DNA of 32,000 nucleotides from an uncultured archaeon (GTDB lineage: Archaea; Asgardarchaeota; Jordiarchaeia; Jordiarchaeales; Jordiarchaeaceae): assembly GCA_964510585.1 (NCBI GenBank), contig CAZECW010000072.1:1-32000 (forward strand), read 5' to 3'. Below are positions 1 through 9,632 of the stretch, piece after piece. The translations under genes were made by a program, and so were the position numbers. The notes beneath the pieces were generated by a model, which was given only the letters and a program-made list of their open reading frames with translations, made no database searches and was not told where the DNA came from. Within the stretch, counting starts at the first letter, position 1. Each line of letters starts with the position of its first letter.

Positions 1-309
1 TGAAGTTCCTCTTCTACAACTCCATCCTGAAGTTTGATGCTACAGGTGAGCTACCCTGGGCAACCATCAGCCAAAAATAAATATGTGAAACACGGATACC
101 TAGCTTAAACTACAAAAATCAAGGAATTATGCAACACAGCATTTTCAATTGCTTAATCTAATTATAAATTAGACCGATTTTCGTTCCCCGCATTACCAGA
201 ACAGCTGAAAAAGCTACTAAGTCAAAAAAATAAAAAAATTAGACAAAAACAGCGGAAAATAAAAATTTTCAGGTTGAAATAGTGGATAATCTGTAGTCGG
301 TAATCAAAG

Positions 310-455
310 TGGCGCAGGAGGCGGGGTTTTCTTGACCAATAAATTTTTTGGATCAATTCGAACCCGCGCTCTCCATCGGAGAACTGGCTTAGCAGGCTTG
401 CGCCCTGAGAATTGTTAATTCTCTGGACAGCGCCTTACCGCTTGGCTACTCCTGC
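310..455 (-). tRNA. tRNA-Ser(GCT) with two 30-nt BHB introns (29/30 at 398-427; 59/60 at 327-356), CCA encoded
   Basis: After removing both introns the minus strand reads GCAGGAG TA GCC AAGCGGTAA GGC G CTGGC CT GCT AA GCCAG TTCTCCGATGGAGAGC GCGGG TTCGAAC CCCGC CTCCTGC G CCA. Acceptor, anticodon and T stems pair fully; the long variable arm and G73 fit Ser. Both introns fold into bulge-helix-bulge motifs. Confidence 0.95.
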
Positions 456-646
456 GCTTTTATGGATGTTTCCAATCTTTTTTAGTTAATTACTTGTTTT
501 TAACCTTTTTTCATATCTTAATTTTTGGAGGTTTGAATTCCAATTTATAGAAAGAGTTAAGTGGAGTATTAAATTATCGTATTCTAAATTCTATTAAGAA
601 GACGCGCCAATAAATTGAAAGTTTGGAATTCGTTGGAGGTTAGACC

Positions 647-1294
647 TTGTCTAGTGAAATGATTGCCGGGATACATCCAACGCGAATGGAGCTCCTAATT
701 TTAAAGAGGAGAAGAAGTCTTGCCGAAAAAGGACATGATTTATTAAAAGAAAAAAGAGACGCTCTGATAATGGAATTTTTTGATATTCTAGAAGACACTC
801 GAAAACTAAGAAGCGATGTAAACAACGCTCTTAAAGAAGCTTACGAAGCGTTAGCCATGGCAAAAATGGTTATGGGACCCCTGAAGGTGGAAGAAGTGGC
901 ATCAGGCGTGCCTCCTATCCTCGCATTAGATGTAAGTACTAGAAACGTTATGGGTGTTCGCGTTCCCCTCTTACGGGTAGAGGAAAAACCCGAAACTGCT
1001 GTGATTTCCTCCTATGGTTTTACAGACACTTCTGCAAAACTAGATGAAGCGGTTGAAAAGTTCCGGAATGCTTTAAAAGCAATAATTAGGTTAGCAGAAA
1101 CAGAAGCTGCGGTTAAACGGTTAGCGGAAGAGATCGAAAAGACTAAAAGACGGGTTAACGCATTGAAATACATTATCATACCGCGCATCACAAACACCAT
1201 TAAATTTATTGAGTTACATTTAGAGGAAAGAGAAAGAGAAGATTTATTCAGAATGAAAAGAATAAAATCAATCTTGGCTTCAAAAGCCTCTTAA
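647..1294 (+). CDS. atpD: A/V-type ATP synthase subunit D
   Basis: PTRMEL...KGHDLLKEKRDAL N-terminus and EIEKTKRRVNAL...IIP...LEERERED C-terminus; GGAGGT at 635-640 before a TTG start. Confidence 0.95.
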   Translation: MSSEMIAGIHPTRMELLILKRRRSLAEKGHDLLKEKRDALIMEFFDILEDTRKLRSDVNNALKEAYEALAMAKMVMGPLKVEEVASGVPPILALDVSTRNVMGVRVPLLRVEEKPETAVISSYGFTDTSAKLDEAVEKFRNALKAIIRLAETEAAVKRLAEEIEKTKRRVNALKYIIIPRITNTIKFIELHLEEREREDLFRMKRIKSILASKAS

Positions 1295-1384
1295 ACTCTT
1301 CAATTACCAATAAAAACTAGTTTAAAACAATAAAAAATTAAATTCTGCACAAAATAGCAAGTCTTGAAAAATTTTAGAAAAAAC

Positions 1385-1726
1385 TTATTTTTTAACTAAA
1401 AGTATTGCTTTAGCCAAGTTTCCATTTGCCTCAATAAGTGCCCGTTTAGCTTCTTCTTCTGTAACGCCTGCTTGCTGCGCTACTAATTGAATGTCTGCTA
1501 GTGGGATTTCCTTCTCTTCTTTCTCTTGTAATTTCCTTTCTTGAATGCTACCTATAACCTGGAAAATAGTTTGCTTCGCTATTTCCAACTGTGTAACTTG
1601 GGGGTTACTTATGATTATATCCTTATCAGCACACTTAATTATTACCTCACTAGCATTTATCTCTACAGGTTTAATTCCCATTTGTTGCATTGCTTTCTTC
1701 ATTTGTCGAGGATTTAGTCGACGCAT
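1385..1726 (-). CDS. nac: Archaeal nascent polypeptide-associated complex protein (NAC + UBA domains)
   Basis: NPRQMKKAMQQMGI N-terminus, NAC domain, C-terminal UBA DIQLVAQQAGV...AKRALIEANGNLAKAIL; SD GGAGGT at 1733-1738 (minus strand). Confidence 0.95.
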   Translation of the reverse strand: MRRLNPRQMKKAMQQMGIKPVEINASEVIIKCADKDIIISNPQVTQLEIAKQTIFQVIGSIQERKLQEKEEKEIPLADIQLVAQQAGVTEEEAKRALIEANGNLAKAILLVKK

Positions 1727-1784
1727 TTATTGACCTCCTTCTAAATCTAGTTTCCATTCAATTAATATAATATGATCGCGTCCA

Positions 1785-2270
1785 TTAATCCATAATATTT
1801 CCCGTTCTCGTTTTTACGGCAACTCCTGATAGGAAGGCTAGCATTTCCTTTGCGCTGAGAACTGCTCTTCCGATTGCTATTAAATTGTCATCAGGATCCA
1901 CAATTATTACTTCGTCTCCGGGTCTAATATTTGGGTCAACATCCACAACATGTTTCGCGAACACATTACGCCCTCGTTGTATAAAGGGGACGATATCTTT
2001 TAGGATTACTACCCTTAATTTCGGTTTTTCGATACTTTTTAGTAATATTTCAGCTCCTTTCATATGCAGCGCGATTTTTCCATCTTTAGGGCGAATGGTT
2101 GAGAGTAAATTCCCATTGAGGTATATAAACCTAATTTTTCCAGTTTTCGGTGAACGGGATATAGTGATTTCTCTGGGAAACAATTTATTTCCTATTCCAG
2201 GGAAAAATTGATAATCCGCAATACATCTTATTTTTCTAAGCGTCTGATAATCCACCTCAATTTTTTCCAT
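1785..2270 (-). CDS. PUA-domain RNA-binding protein (resembles the C-terminal domains of archaeosine TGT)
   Basis: IADYQF and SPKTGKIRFIY motifs followed by PUA domain GRNVFAKHVVDVDPNIRPGDEVIIV...AIGRAVLS. Confidence 0.85.
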   Translation of the reverse strand: MEKIEVDYQTLRKIRCIADYQFFPGIGNKLFPREITISRSPKTGKIRFIYLNGNLLSTIRPKDGKIALHMKGAEILLKSIEKPKLRVVILKDIVPFIQRGRNVFAKHVVDVDPNIRPGDEVIIVDPDDNLIAIGRAVLSAKEMLAFLSGVAVKTRTGNIMD

Positions 2271-2292
2271 TTAGATTACATCCTTCCCAATT

Positions 2293-3141
2293 TTACGAGC
2301 TGGGAACAACAGTAATATCCATAACTACGTGGTCAATACTTGGAGCATACTTTTTAACTCTTTTAAAATCCAAATGTTCAACTTTAAAAGACTCTTGCTG
2401 AATCTTCTCCTCTATTACCTTTATTTTATCTTTCAATAGCCTTTTGGGAATCGCCTCATGATAATGTAAGGTGCCTCCCTCCATTTTAAGGGAATTAAGC
2501 GCCGTATCTAAATATTTTTCAGCTCCATTTATTAACCCCATAATCACTCTATCAGCAACCCCTACCGGAGCCACCTCTTTACAATCCCCAAGAATTGGTT
2601 CTACTACTTCACTAACTTTGTTCAATAAAATATTTGTAACTAGATAATTGTATGCTACAGGATTTATTTCAATTGCATAAACTTTTAGCGGCTTAGAGTG
2701 AACTGCTATTGGAATGGAGAATTGCCCGACGCATGAAAAGAGATCAACCACTATCTCTCCCTCTTTTACTAGTTGACTTAGTCTTAAACGTTCATTACTG
2801 TTGCCTGGCGAAAAAAGAACTTTAAATGGGTCAAGTTTAAAAACGCAGTGATTTTCCCTATGAATTGTCTCTGTGCTTCCTCCACCAGCTATTATCTTTA
2901 ATTGGGGAATCCGCATCTCACCCTGCGGGGGAGTGAGCTTTCTAGCGACAATTCTTGCCCGTTTCTCTATTTTACTAAGCACTGCCCCAATTTCGTACTC
3001 ATAGGGTAAAAGTTCCTGTTTAATGTTACAAATCAGAATATTTCCTAAAAGTTGCCAGCCACGAGGAGCCAACTCTAGAAGATCCTTGGGGATAACCGCT
3101 TCATAGAGTTTCTTCAGCCTTTTCCAAGAGACATCTCCCAA
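2293..3141 (-). CDS. taw2: Trm5/TYW2 (Met-10+) family SAM-dependent tRNA enzyme, most like Taw2 aminocarboxypropyltransferase
   Basis: IHRENHCVFKLD, FSPGNSNERLR, VVDLFSCVGQFSIPIA, EINP, ADRVIMG and GTLHYHE motifs; lacks the Trm5-type NLP motif. Confidence 0.75.
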   Translation of the reverse strand: MGDVSWKRLKKLYEAVIPKDLLELAPRGWQLLGNILICNIKQELLPYEYEIGAVLSKIEKRARIVARKLTPPQGEMRIPQLKIIAGGGSTETIHRENHCVFKLDPFKVLFSPGNSNERLRLSQLVKEGEIVVDLFSCVGQFSIPIAVHSKPLKVYAIEINPVAYNYLVTNILLNKVSEVVEPILGDCKEVAPVGVADRVIMGLINGAEKYLDTALNSLKMEGGTLHYHEAIPKRLLKDKIKVIEEKIQQESFKVEHLDFKRVKKYAPSIDHVVMDITVVPSS

Positions 3142-3256
3142 AGTAATCCATCCCGACTGAATTCCAAATTCGGTTGGGGGAGCAGTTTCTACCAGTAACC
3201 ATAGTTAAAATTAGCGTCTATTAACTGACTGCCCGCAAACCAATTGAAAAATGTGC

Positions 3257-4462
3257 TTATGCATACATGCCCACAGGGCCCTCTGTACAAGATATGGTCT
3301 TGCCTAGAACCTTTTTTATTGCCTCTTCAAACTCTTTTTGACTCACCTTATCTTTGAGCTTTCGAATCGCAAACATACCTGCCTCAGTGCAGATTGCCTT
3401 AATGTCCGCCCCAGAACAATTTTCAGTCAATGGAACCAATTTCTTAAAATCAACATCAGTATCAATGTTCATACGGCGTGTATGAATTTTGAAAATATCT
3501 AGCCTCGCTGTCTCATTTGGCATTGGAAATTCGATTATCCTGTCAAAACGCCCTGGGCGAAGAAGTGCTGGGTCTAGTATATCTGGTCGGTTTGTAGCTG
3601 CAAGTACACGTACATCGCCCCGCACGTCAAAACCATCTAGAACACTTAAAAGCTGCATCAAGGTTCTTTGAACCTCACGATCACCACTGGTGGCAATCTC
3701 AAGTCTCTTGCCTCCAATAGCATCGATTTCATCAATAAACACTATACTTGGGGCTTTATTTTTAGCCATCTGGAAGATCTCTCTAACGAGCCTAGCGCCC
3801 TCCCCAATAAACTTTTGGACTAATTCTGATCCGATTACTCTTATGAAAGTTGCTTTTGTTTCATGTGCTACCGCTCGCGCAAGGAGTGTTTTCCCTGTGC
3901 CTGGAGGACCGCTTAAAAGTACTCCCTTTGGAGGGTCTATACCTACTTTCTCAAATAGCTCTGGGTGACTCAGGGGTAATTCAACAGTTTCTTTTATTTC
4001 CCTGATTTGTTCTTCTAAACCTCCAATATCATTGTATGAAACTGGAGGGGCTTCTTCAACTTCCATTCCTCTAACAAAGGGATCTCGTGCTGCTGGTAAC
4101 ACTTCTACTACAGCAAAAGTTCTCTGATTCAGAGCTACTCTGGTCCCCGGTACTAAATCTTTCTGAGGTATGCTTTTTGATACATGAACAACAAAATGTG
4201 GCCCAGTTGAGCTTTTTACCACGATACGATTATCACTCAGAACATCTATTATGCTCGCCGCGATTAGAGGGGGTTGCCTTATTTTATCAATCTCAGCTCT
4301 AAGAGAGTGAATTTCCCGTTCAAGTCTCATACGCTCTGCATCTAGCCACTGTTTTTCGGTTTCAAGTGCCCTAAGTCTTTTCTCAATATGTCTCGTATAG
4401 GAGAGCAAATAGGACGTATCAGAATTGTAAACAGTTTTTCCCGAATCAGCAGAGTCTGGCAA
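3257..4462 (-). CDS. pan: Proteasome-activating nucleotidase
   Basis: N-terminal coiled coil and OB domain, Walker A GPPGTGKT, Walker [20 protein letters not shown]-terminal HbYX (MYA); SD at 4469-4474. Confidence 0.97.
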   Translation of the reverse strand: MPDSADSGKTVYNSDTSYLLSYTRHIEKRLRALETEKQWLDAERMRLEREIHSLRAEIDKIRQPPLIAASIIDVLSDNRIVVKSSTGPHFVVHVSKSIPQKDLVPGTRVALNQRTFAVVEVLPAARDPFVRGMEVEEAPPVSYNDIGGLEEQIREIKETVELPLSHPELFEKVGIDPPKGVLLSGPPGTGKTLLARAVAHETKATFIRVIGSELVQKFIGEGARLVREIFQMAKNKAPSIVFIDEIDAIGGKRLEIATSGDREVQRTLMQLLSVLDGFDVRGDVRVLAATNRPDILDPALLRPGRFDRIIEFPMPNETARLDIFKIHTRRMNIDTDVDFKKLVPLTENCSGADIKAICTEAGMFAIRKLKDKVSQKEFEEAIKKVLGKTISCTEGPVGMYA

Positions 4463-5398
4463 TAGACTACCTCCAAACTGACATTATTATTCCAAATATA
4501 TTAAATATTTTGGTGGTACAATTATGTTTTGCTCCTTCAGAAAGTATGGAGACCTCGTATATAAGATAAATATAGATGACTTTTAGCTTGATTTAATTCT
4601 CTAAAACCTACAATAAAGTTTTAACAACAGTATTTAAAAATAAAGTTTTTATTCTGATATTGTATTTTCATACTTTTAATCTCGTTCATATGGCCGTCTT
4701 CTAAAATTTAGTGCTTCTAGTTAGGAGTTGCTTCAAGATAAAAAGTAGACAAATTTATCTACCGAATTCTATCGAGCAATAAATAGTATAGCCCCGTTTC
4801 GAATTGCGCCCCGAGGCTCCATTCAAGTAGAACTCCAAAAGCGAAAAACAGACTTTTGCAAATCTACATCAAATATGCCTTTTTTGAAAATAACTCGAAA
4901 AGGCGCTTTTGTTTAGTTTGCTTCTTAATTACGGGTCGATGTAGATTTATTTGTTTCCATTTTACTCAATAAGCCCCTAAATAACGAAGCCTTGTGTTGG
5001 GTTATTCAAGATTTGATTGGATTCTATCTCCTCTTTTGTTTTTGATAACATATTGAATAAAGGGAGACAGTCAATTGAACAGAAAAAGTTAAACAAATGG
5101 CAGATAAAAACAATTTTTTGCTGTCGTTTCAATGGAAGAGGTTGTGTTTAAATTATTGTTTAGAGGGGCTTCACAGTTGGATTTGGAGTACAAGAAGCGT
5201 GCGCTTTAAAGTGTAAAACATGAATTAACAATTTAGTAAAAAGCATCACATAAGAGGTGAGGGGCTAATCATGATGTGTAAGTGTATGTACATATAGTGA
5301 ATAAAAGAAAAGGTTCTCTAACTTATGTAAGCAAGAAATTTAGACTATGGCATACTTTATATATGGTTTTATATAGTCTTATGTAGGAGGTTTAGCCC

Positions 5399-5920
5399 TT
5401 GTTATGCGAGGTTTGTGGTAAAAAAATAATAGGAAAACCTAAAAAAGTGAACATTGAGGGAGCGGAGCTAACTGTTTGTGGAAATTGCGTAAAATTCGGA
5501 GATTCTTTAAAGGATTTAAGTGTAACATCGAAAGGGTCTAAAACGGTCCTCGCCAGCCCTAAAAAAGTTATTAGAGTTAAAAGGCCTAAAGCCAAACTCG
5601 ACAGTAAAGATTTTTTCTCGGATGAGGATTTAGTAGAAGATTATGCGTACAAAATTCGGAGAGCTAGAGAGGGAAAGGGATTGTCACATGAAGAACTGGC
5701 AAAAAAAATTAATGAAAGAGTTACCATAATTAAAAAAATCGAATCGGGCAAAATGCAACCATCTCTAACACTAGTTAAGAAACTAGAAAAAGAACTTCAA
5801 ATCAACCTCACCGAAAAATCGGACTCTAAAATAATAACCACCACCTCTAAAGATCAAAGTAAAGAACTGACTTTGGGAGACATTATTAAAATTAAAAAGA
5901 GGAGGAGCAACGACACGTAA
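5399..5920 (+). CDS. mbf1: Archaeal multiprotein bridging factor aMBF1 (Zn ribbon + HTH)
   Basis: CEVCG...CGNC Zn ribbon, LVEDYAYKIRRARE...KIESG HTH, LTLGDI C-terminal motif; AGGAGGT at 5385-5391. Confidence 0.93.
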   Translation: MLCEVCGKKIIGKPKKVNIEGAELTVCGNCVKFGDSLKDLSVTSKGSKTVLASPKKVIRVKRPKAKLDSKDFFSDEDLVEDYAYKIRRAREGKGLSHEELAKKINERVTIIKKIESGKMQPSLTLVKKLEKELQINLTEKSDSKIITTTSKDQSKELTLGDIIKIKKRRSNDT

Positions 5921-6072
5921 CAGTAAGCTATTTTTAGAATGCAATCCAAGAAAATAACAAAATTCCAACTTTTAATTCTAACATACCGCAGAATATTTTT
6001 AATTAATTAGCACATTAAAAATGATGAGTATCAAGGTTCAAAAAGCTAATTAAACAAACATATTTTATTTTT

Positions 6073-6669
6073 TTGGGGTATACAAAAATGGAAGAAAGAA
6101 CAACCCATTGCACTTTTGATTCGAATCTTTTAAACAAATCAAAGCAAAAATTATTTGCTTTAAGATTGGAACATCGCCCTCACAGGGATATGCGTGTATC
6201 TACCCATATTGCTCTTGTGGCAAGAGCTTTTGGTATGGACGGTATCTTTTTTAGTGGTGTTCCTGACACGAGATTATGTGAAAGAATTAACAACGTTACC
6301 AAAAATTTTGGCGGAGATTTTTTAATAGAAACCGGCTGTGACTGGAAAAAGGTTATAAAAAATTGGTTGTGCCAAGAGGGGGAAGTAATTCATTTAACAA
6401 TGTATGGTTTGCCTCTCCCCGAAGTTATTGATAAAATTAGAAACTCATCTAAAGACAAGCTAGTAGTGGTAGGGGGACCAAAAGTTCCACCAGAAGTTTA
6501 CTCATTTGCGACCCATAATGTGTCTGTAACCAATCAACCGCACTCCGAAATAGCAGCTCTAGCGGTTTTTCTAGACCATTATTATGAGGGCCGAGAGTTT
6601 TATTTCGAATTTAAGAATGCAAAAATAAGAATAATTCCTAGCAAAAATGGAAAAAAGGTCGCTGTTTAA
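6073..6669 (+). CDS. trm56: tRNA (cytidine56-2'-O)-methyltransferase aTrm56 (true start may be ATG 6088)
   Basis: LRLEHRPHRDMRVSTHIALVARAFG, HLTMYG, VVGGPKVP, VTNQPHSEIAALAVFLD. Confidence 0.95.
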   Translation: MGYTKMEERTTHCTFDSNLLNKSKQKLFALRLEHRPHRDMRVSTHIALVARAFGMDGIFFSGVPDTRLCERINNVTKNFGGDFLIETGCDWKKVIKNWLCQEGEVIHLTMYGLPLPEVIDKIRNSSKDKLVVVGGPKVPPEVYSFATHNVSVTNQPHSEIAALAVFLDHYYEGREFYFEFKNAKIRIIPSKNGKKVAV

Positions 6670-7036
6670 ATGTCCTTTTTTGGAATATCCACCTGTTGAG
6701 ACAGAAAAAAGGGTAATTATTCTTAAAACCCTGAAGGAGAAGGTATATTACATCTTTGGCAAAGGTCGATTCCTTAAGAAGCCCCTCATTTGAATCCTTC
6801 TTACAAAAAGGAGGGAGGTAAACACAAGAAACGTTTCAGTGCACAAAATACATACCCTTTTACACACCAGACCTAGATGTGCCGCAAAAATTTTTAGTTA
6901 CACTTCATTACCGAAAGGTTGATGTAGGATCATTTGATTCCACATCGGAAATAAACAATCATACGCTTTGCGTTTCAGATAAAAGTATGGAAACAAGTTT
7001 TTCATGGAAAAAATTGCTCATTATTTTGAAAAAGAT

Positions 7037-7831
7037 TTAATGTTTCGTCTCGATAAATCCTTTAATAACTTTTGGAAGGAAACCTTTCATAGGCACCTTC
7101 GGAAGAAATTCTCCAATTTCAGAAATCATACCCGGTGCTTCAGTACCGTACTTACAAACAACCGCGTGTTCCAGAAGCCCAAGGCGGTCAATAGAAAGGA
7201 TATCCTGTAAATGCCCAGATTTAATAATTGCCTTTCTTACCTGTTGACGTGTAGCACCACAAATTATAATCCTATCCAACGAACTTTTGATCCATTCCTC
7301 AAAAATGTTTATTTGACTCTCGCTTAATTCTGCCTCAATATTATAAGTCGCTTTATCGATATTCTTAAGTTTAATTTCGAGCGGAAAATTCTCGACAAGA
7401 GCAAAATTATCAGTAATTTTACGTAAAGGCTTCCGAATATTATTTACCAACTGTTTTCTTAACGTATAAAGGGGTATAAAGGCGTCCTTTTTCACGGAAA
7501 GTAAACCTATATCGACATAAACACCATGCCCAAACTTTGTAGGATCAACCAATTTACCCTTTAAAACCATGCCAGGATAAAAACTATCTAACTCATAAAT
7601 TGAACCATACTTATGGTCTAAAAAGTTTTTAGCTGCCTCAGCGTCTTCTCCCTCTAAAACTAACTTAACCCACCCCCTATTGGTAACATCTATCTGTATT
7701 ATTTCAGCATTTAAGCCCGAAATTTCCCTTCTAACGCTGCTACGGATGGAATGCAACGCCAATTCTCTTTGTGGCCCGTAAACTTTTTCTGGAATTAAAA
7801 AAGCTTGTCTCATAAGTTTAAAAACATTCAA
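7037..7831 (-). CDS. DUF2110-family conserved archaeal protein with an OB/S1-like fold (start probably ATG 7813)
   Basis: EKVYG, GKLVDPTKFGHGVYVDIG and IERLG-like SIDRLGLLEHAVVCK..TEAPG motifs; located downstream of tfe, a known context for this family. Confidence 0.8.
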   Translation of the reverse strand: MNVFKLMRQAFLIPEKVYGPQRELALHSIRSSVRREISGLNAEIIQIDVTNRGWVKLVLEGEDAEAAKNFLDHKYGSIYELDSFYPGMVLKGKLVDPTKFGHGVYVDIGLLSVKKDAFIPLYTLRKQLVNNIRKPLRKITDNFALVENFPLEIKLKNIDKATYNIEAELSESQINIFEEWIKSSLDRIIICGATRQQVRKAIIKSGHLQDILSIDRLGLLEHAVVCKYGTEAPGMISEIGEFLPKVPMKGFLPKVIKGFIETKH

Positions 7832-8135
7832 CCTCTTTTGAGTTTTTTCATTGATAGTATTTTCCAGAAGCTACATCATACTGGTTTACGCTCCAAACCT
7901 AGCTTATCAGCCTTTTGCTAGAGCGCCGCAAATGTTTGGTTGACTTGAGCCTCTTTGTTCTGAGACGTTTTTACAAGGCTTTTATTTTCAGTGTAGGATT
8001 GTAAATGTCTTAAAAAAGTTATTCTTCTCAAATCGAAGAATCCAGAAACCAGCAGGGAAGACACTAAAAACAGTGATGGATTCGGTTTCCAGTTCCAATC
8101 AAAAATCTTGGGGGATTAATATTTTTTGGGAAATT

Positions 8136-8714
8136 TTAGTATTTAAGAGTTTTTAACTCTTCTTCCAACTCACCGATTTTAGTCTCTAAAAGTTCAATCG
8201 ACTTGTCGTTTTTAACGAAGATCAGCGGTTTTGTACAATTAGGGCATTTAAAAGAAACATCCATTGCATCATCAAAAGTTAATTGTTCACACTCTGAATT
8301 GCCGCAGTGGAAAAGCATGTTCTCTTTTTCAAAATAAAGTCTCTCCTTCAGGCGTTGGTATACCATCTGTTTTCTGGAGATTATGAGAGTTCTAAGCCTT
8401 TCAGGGTTTAGCTTCCAAAAATATATAAACCAACCTGTTCTTGTATCTCTGGTTCTTCTATAAGACGCCAGCCGATTCTCATACAACCTATACAAGACTT
8501 TTCTTACTGCGTTTAAACGCATATCTGTTTTCTCAGCAATCTCTTCATCCGTAGCCTCATCCTTATCGGATAAAGCATTAGCAACTTTCACCGCATTCTC
8601 GCCGCCGATCTCCTCAATTATAGATACAAAAAGGTTATCTCCTCCCTGTTTTTTAACAGCGGTTATAATCATATTATTCACCATAACTGTTTTTTTTAGA
8701 TAGGCTACACGCAT
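8136..8714 (-). CDS. tfe: Transcription factor E alpha subunit
   Basis: wHTH TDEEIAEKT...VRKVLYRLYE...RTGWFIYFW and Zn ribbon C...C...TFDDAM...FKCPNCTKPL. Confidence 0.95.
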   Translation of the reverse strand: MRVAYLKKTVMVNNMIITAVKKQGGDNLFVSIIEEIGGENAVKVANALSDKDEATDEEIAEKTDMRLNAVRKVLYRLYENRLASYRRTRDTRTGWFIYFWKLNPERLRTLIISRKQMVYQRLKERLYFEKENMLFHCGNSECEQLTFDDAMDVSFKCPNCTKPLIFVKNDKSIELLETKIGELEEELKTLKY

Positions 8715-9096
8715 CCTCCGATGAAAATCAAAACTACAGTATATATTAGTATTTTCTCATTAAAAAAAGTTACTATTTTCAGTAGTATTTTTTGGTTGAA
8801 AAATAAAAAATATGTAGTTATTTAATCTTGGATTGAAAAATTTATAGATTAGCGCCTTAAAATAAATTCCTCAATAAAAATATATAATAATAAAAATAAA
8901 GTCTAAAATTATCTTCGCAAAATTATAAAAATTCAATTATAACTACGTTATTCAAGAATCAGTTTGCCAAAAAATTGAGTTATTTCAAGTACCTTTTTGT
9001 AGATTTTTATTCTCTATTCAAGGGAAATTTTTATTTCCAAGGGCAAAATTAAAAATAGTAGTCTACAATATTGTCAATGCATTTAGGGCAAAATTT

Positions 9097-9189
9097 GGGC
9101 GTATGGTCTAGCGGTTATGACACCGCGCTTACACCGCGGTAATTCCTTTTTCGGGAGCCGAATCCCCGGTTCGAATCCGGGTACGCCCA
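9097..9189 (+). tRNA. tRNA-Val(TAC) with a 20-nt BHB intron in the variable loop (9143-9162)
   Basis: GGGCGTA/TACGCCC acceptor stem, CCGCG CT TAC AC CGCGG anticodon arm (TAC 9130-9132), CCCGG TTCGAAT CCGGG T arm, A73. The 20 extra nt form a BHB: CGGT/GCCG helix, AA|T bulges, TCCT/GGGA outer helix. CCA is not encoded (CCT). Confidence 0.95.
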
Positions 9190-9632
9190 CCTATACATTT
9201 CGTCTTTTGTTGGTAAATCAAATAGAGAGTATTTTGAACTGTGTTTAATTTGTTGCAATCTTATCTTTCCATCTAAGTTTTGTCCTCCTCTTTTTTCGGG
9301 TTATGCTTAGAAATGTAGTCTCCACCAGTAAAAACAAATGAAATTGCATTTTGGAAGAAACAGAGGTTAAAACCTTGCCTCATAATGATTTAGACCTCCA
9401 TACTGTGCTCAAAAAATCTGTAGGGCGTACTTTGCTAGCACCTCAAACTCTGGAAAAATCTTCAAAAAATACCAGATCTCAAATAGAGAGTAATTTAGAC
9501 TAATCCAGAAATTCGTTCAAGAAAATACGGGCCGCCTGCCAATGTGTTCTAAGGAAAACCATAATGGAAATGAGAATAGGTAACCAGACAAATATGGTAA
9601 AGGTCAGATTAGAGTAACCAAACGTTACTTAC

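Noticed and set aside
3-80. Open frame from the window start, KFLFYNSILKFDATGELPWATISQK*
   Set aside because: May be the tail of an upstream gene or transposase, but 25 aa is too short to identify.
4791-4822. TTCGAA T-loop-like motif in a GC-rich patch
   Set aside because: No T-stem, acceptor stem or cloverleaf can be formed on either strand.
4745-4948. TCTAC/GTAGA palindromes reminiscent of Cas12a repeats
   Set aside because: No regularly spaced direct repeats with spacers and no cas genes; not a CRISPR array.
8085-8115. GTTTCCAG plus nearby G-run, resembling a mini-ORB origin box
   Set aside because: Single partial match, no repeated ORBs and no cdc6/orc1 gene in the window.
9351-9503. 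50-codon TTG ORF downstream of tRNA-Val
   Set aside because: No SD, no motif and no recognisable family; the region may be decayed DNA.
9625-9632. TTACTTAC as a target-site duplication
   Set aside because: Both copies are on the left flank, and IS200/IS605 elements make no duplication. Only the second TTAC restores the rpsJ frame on excision.
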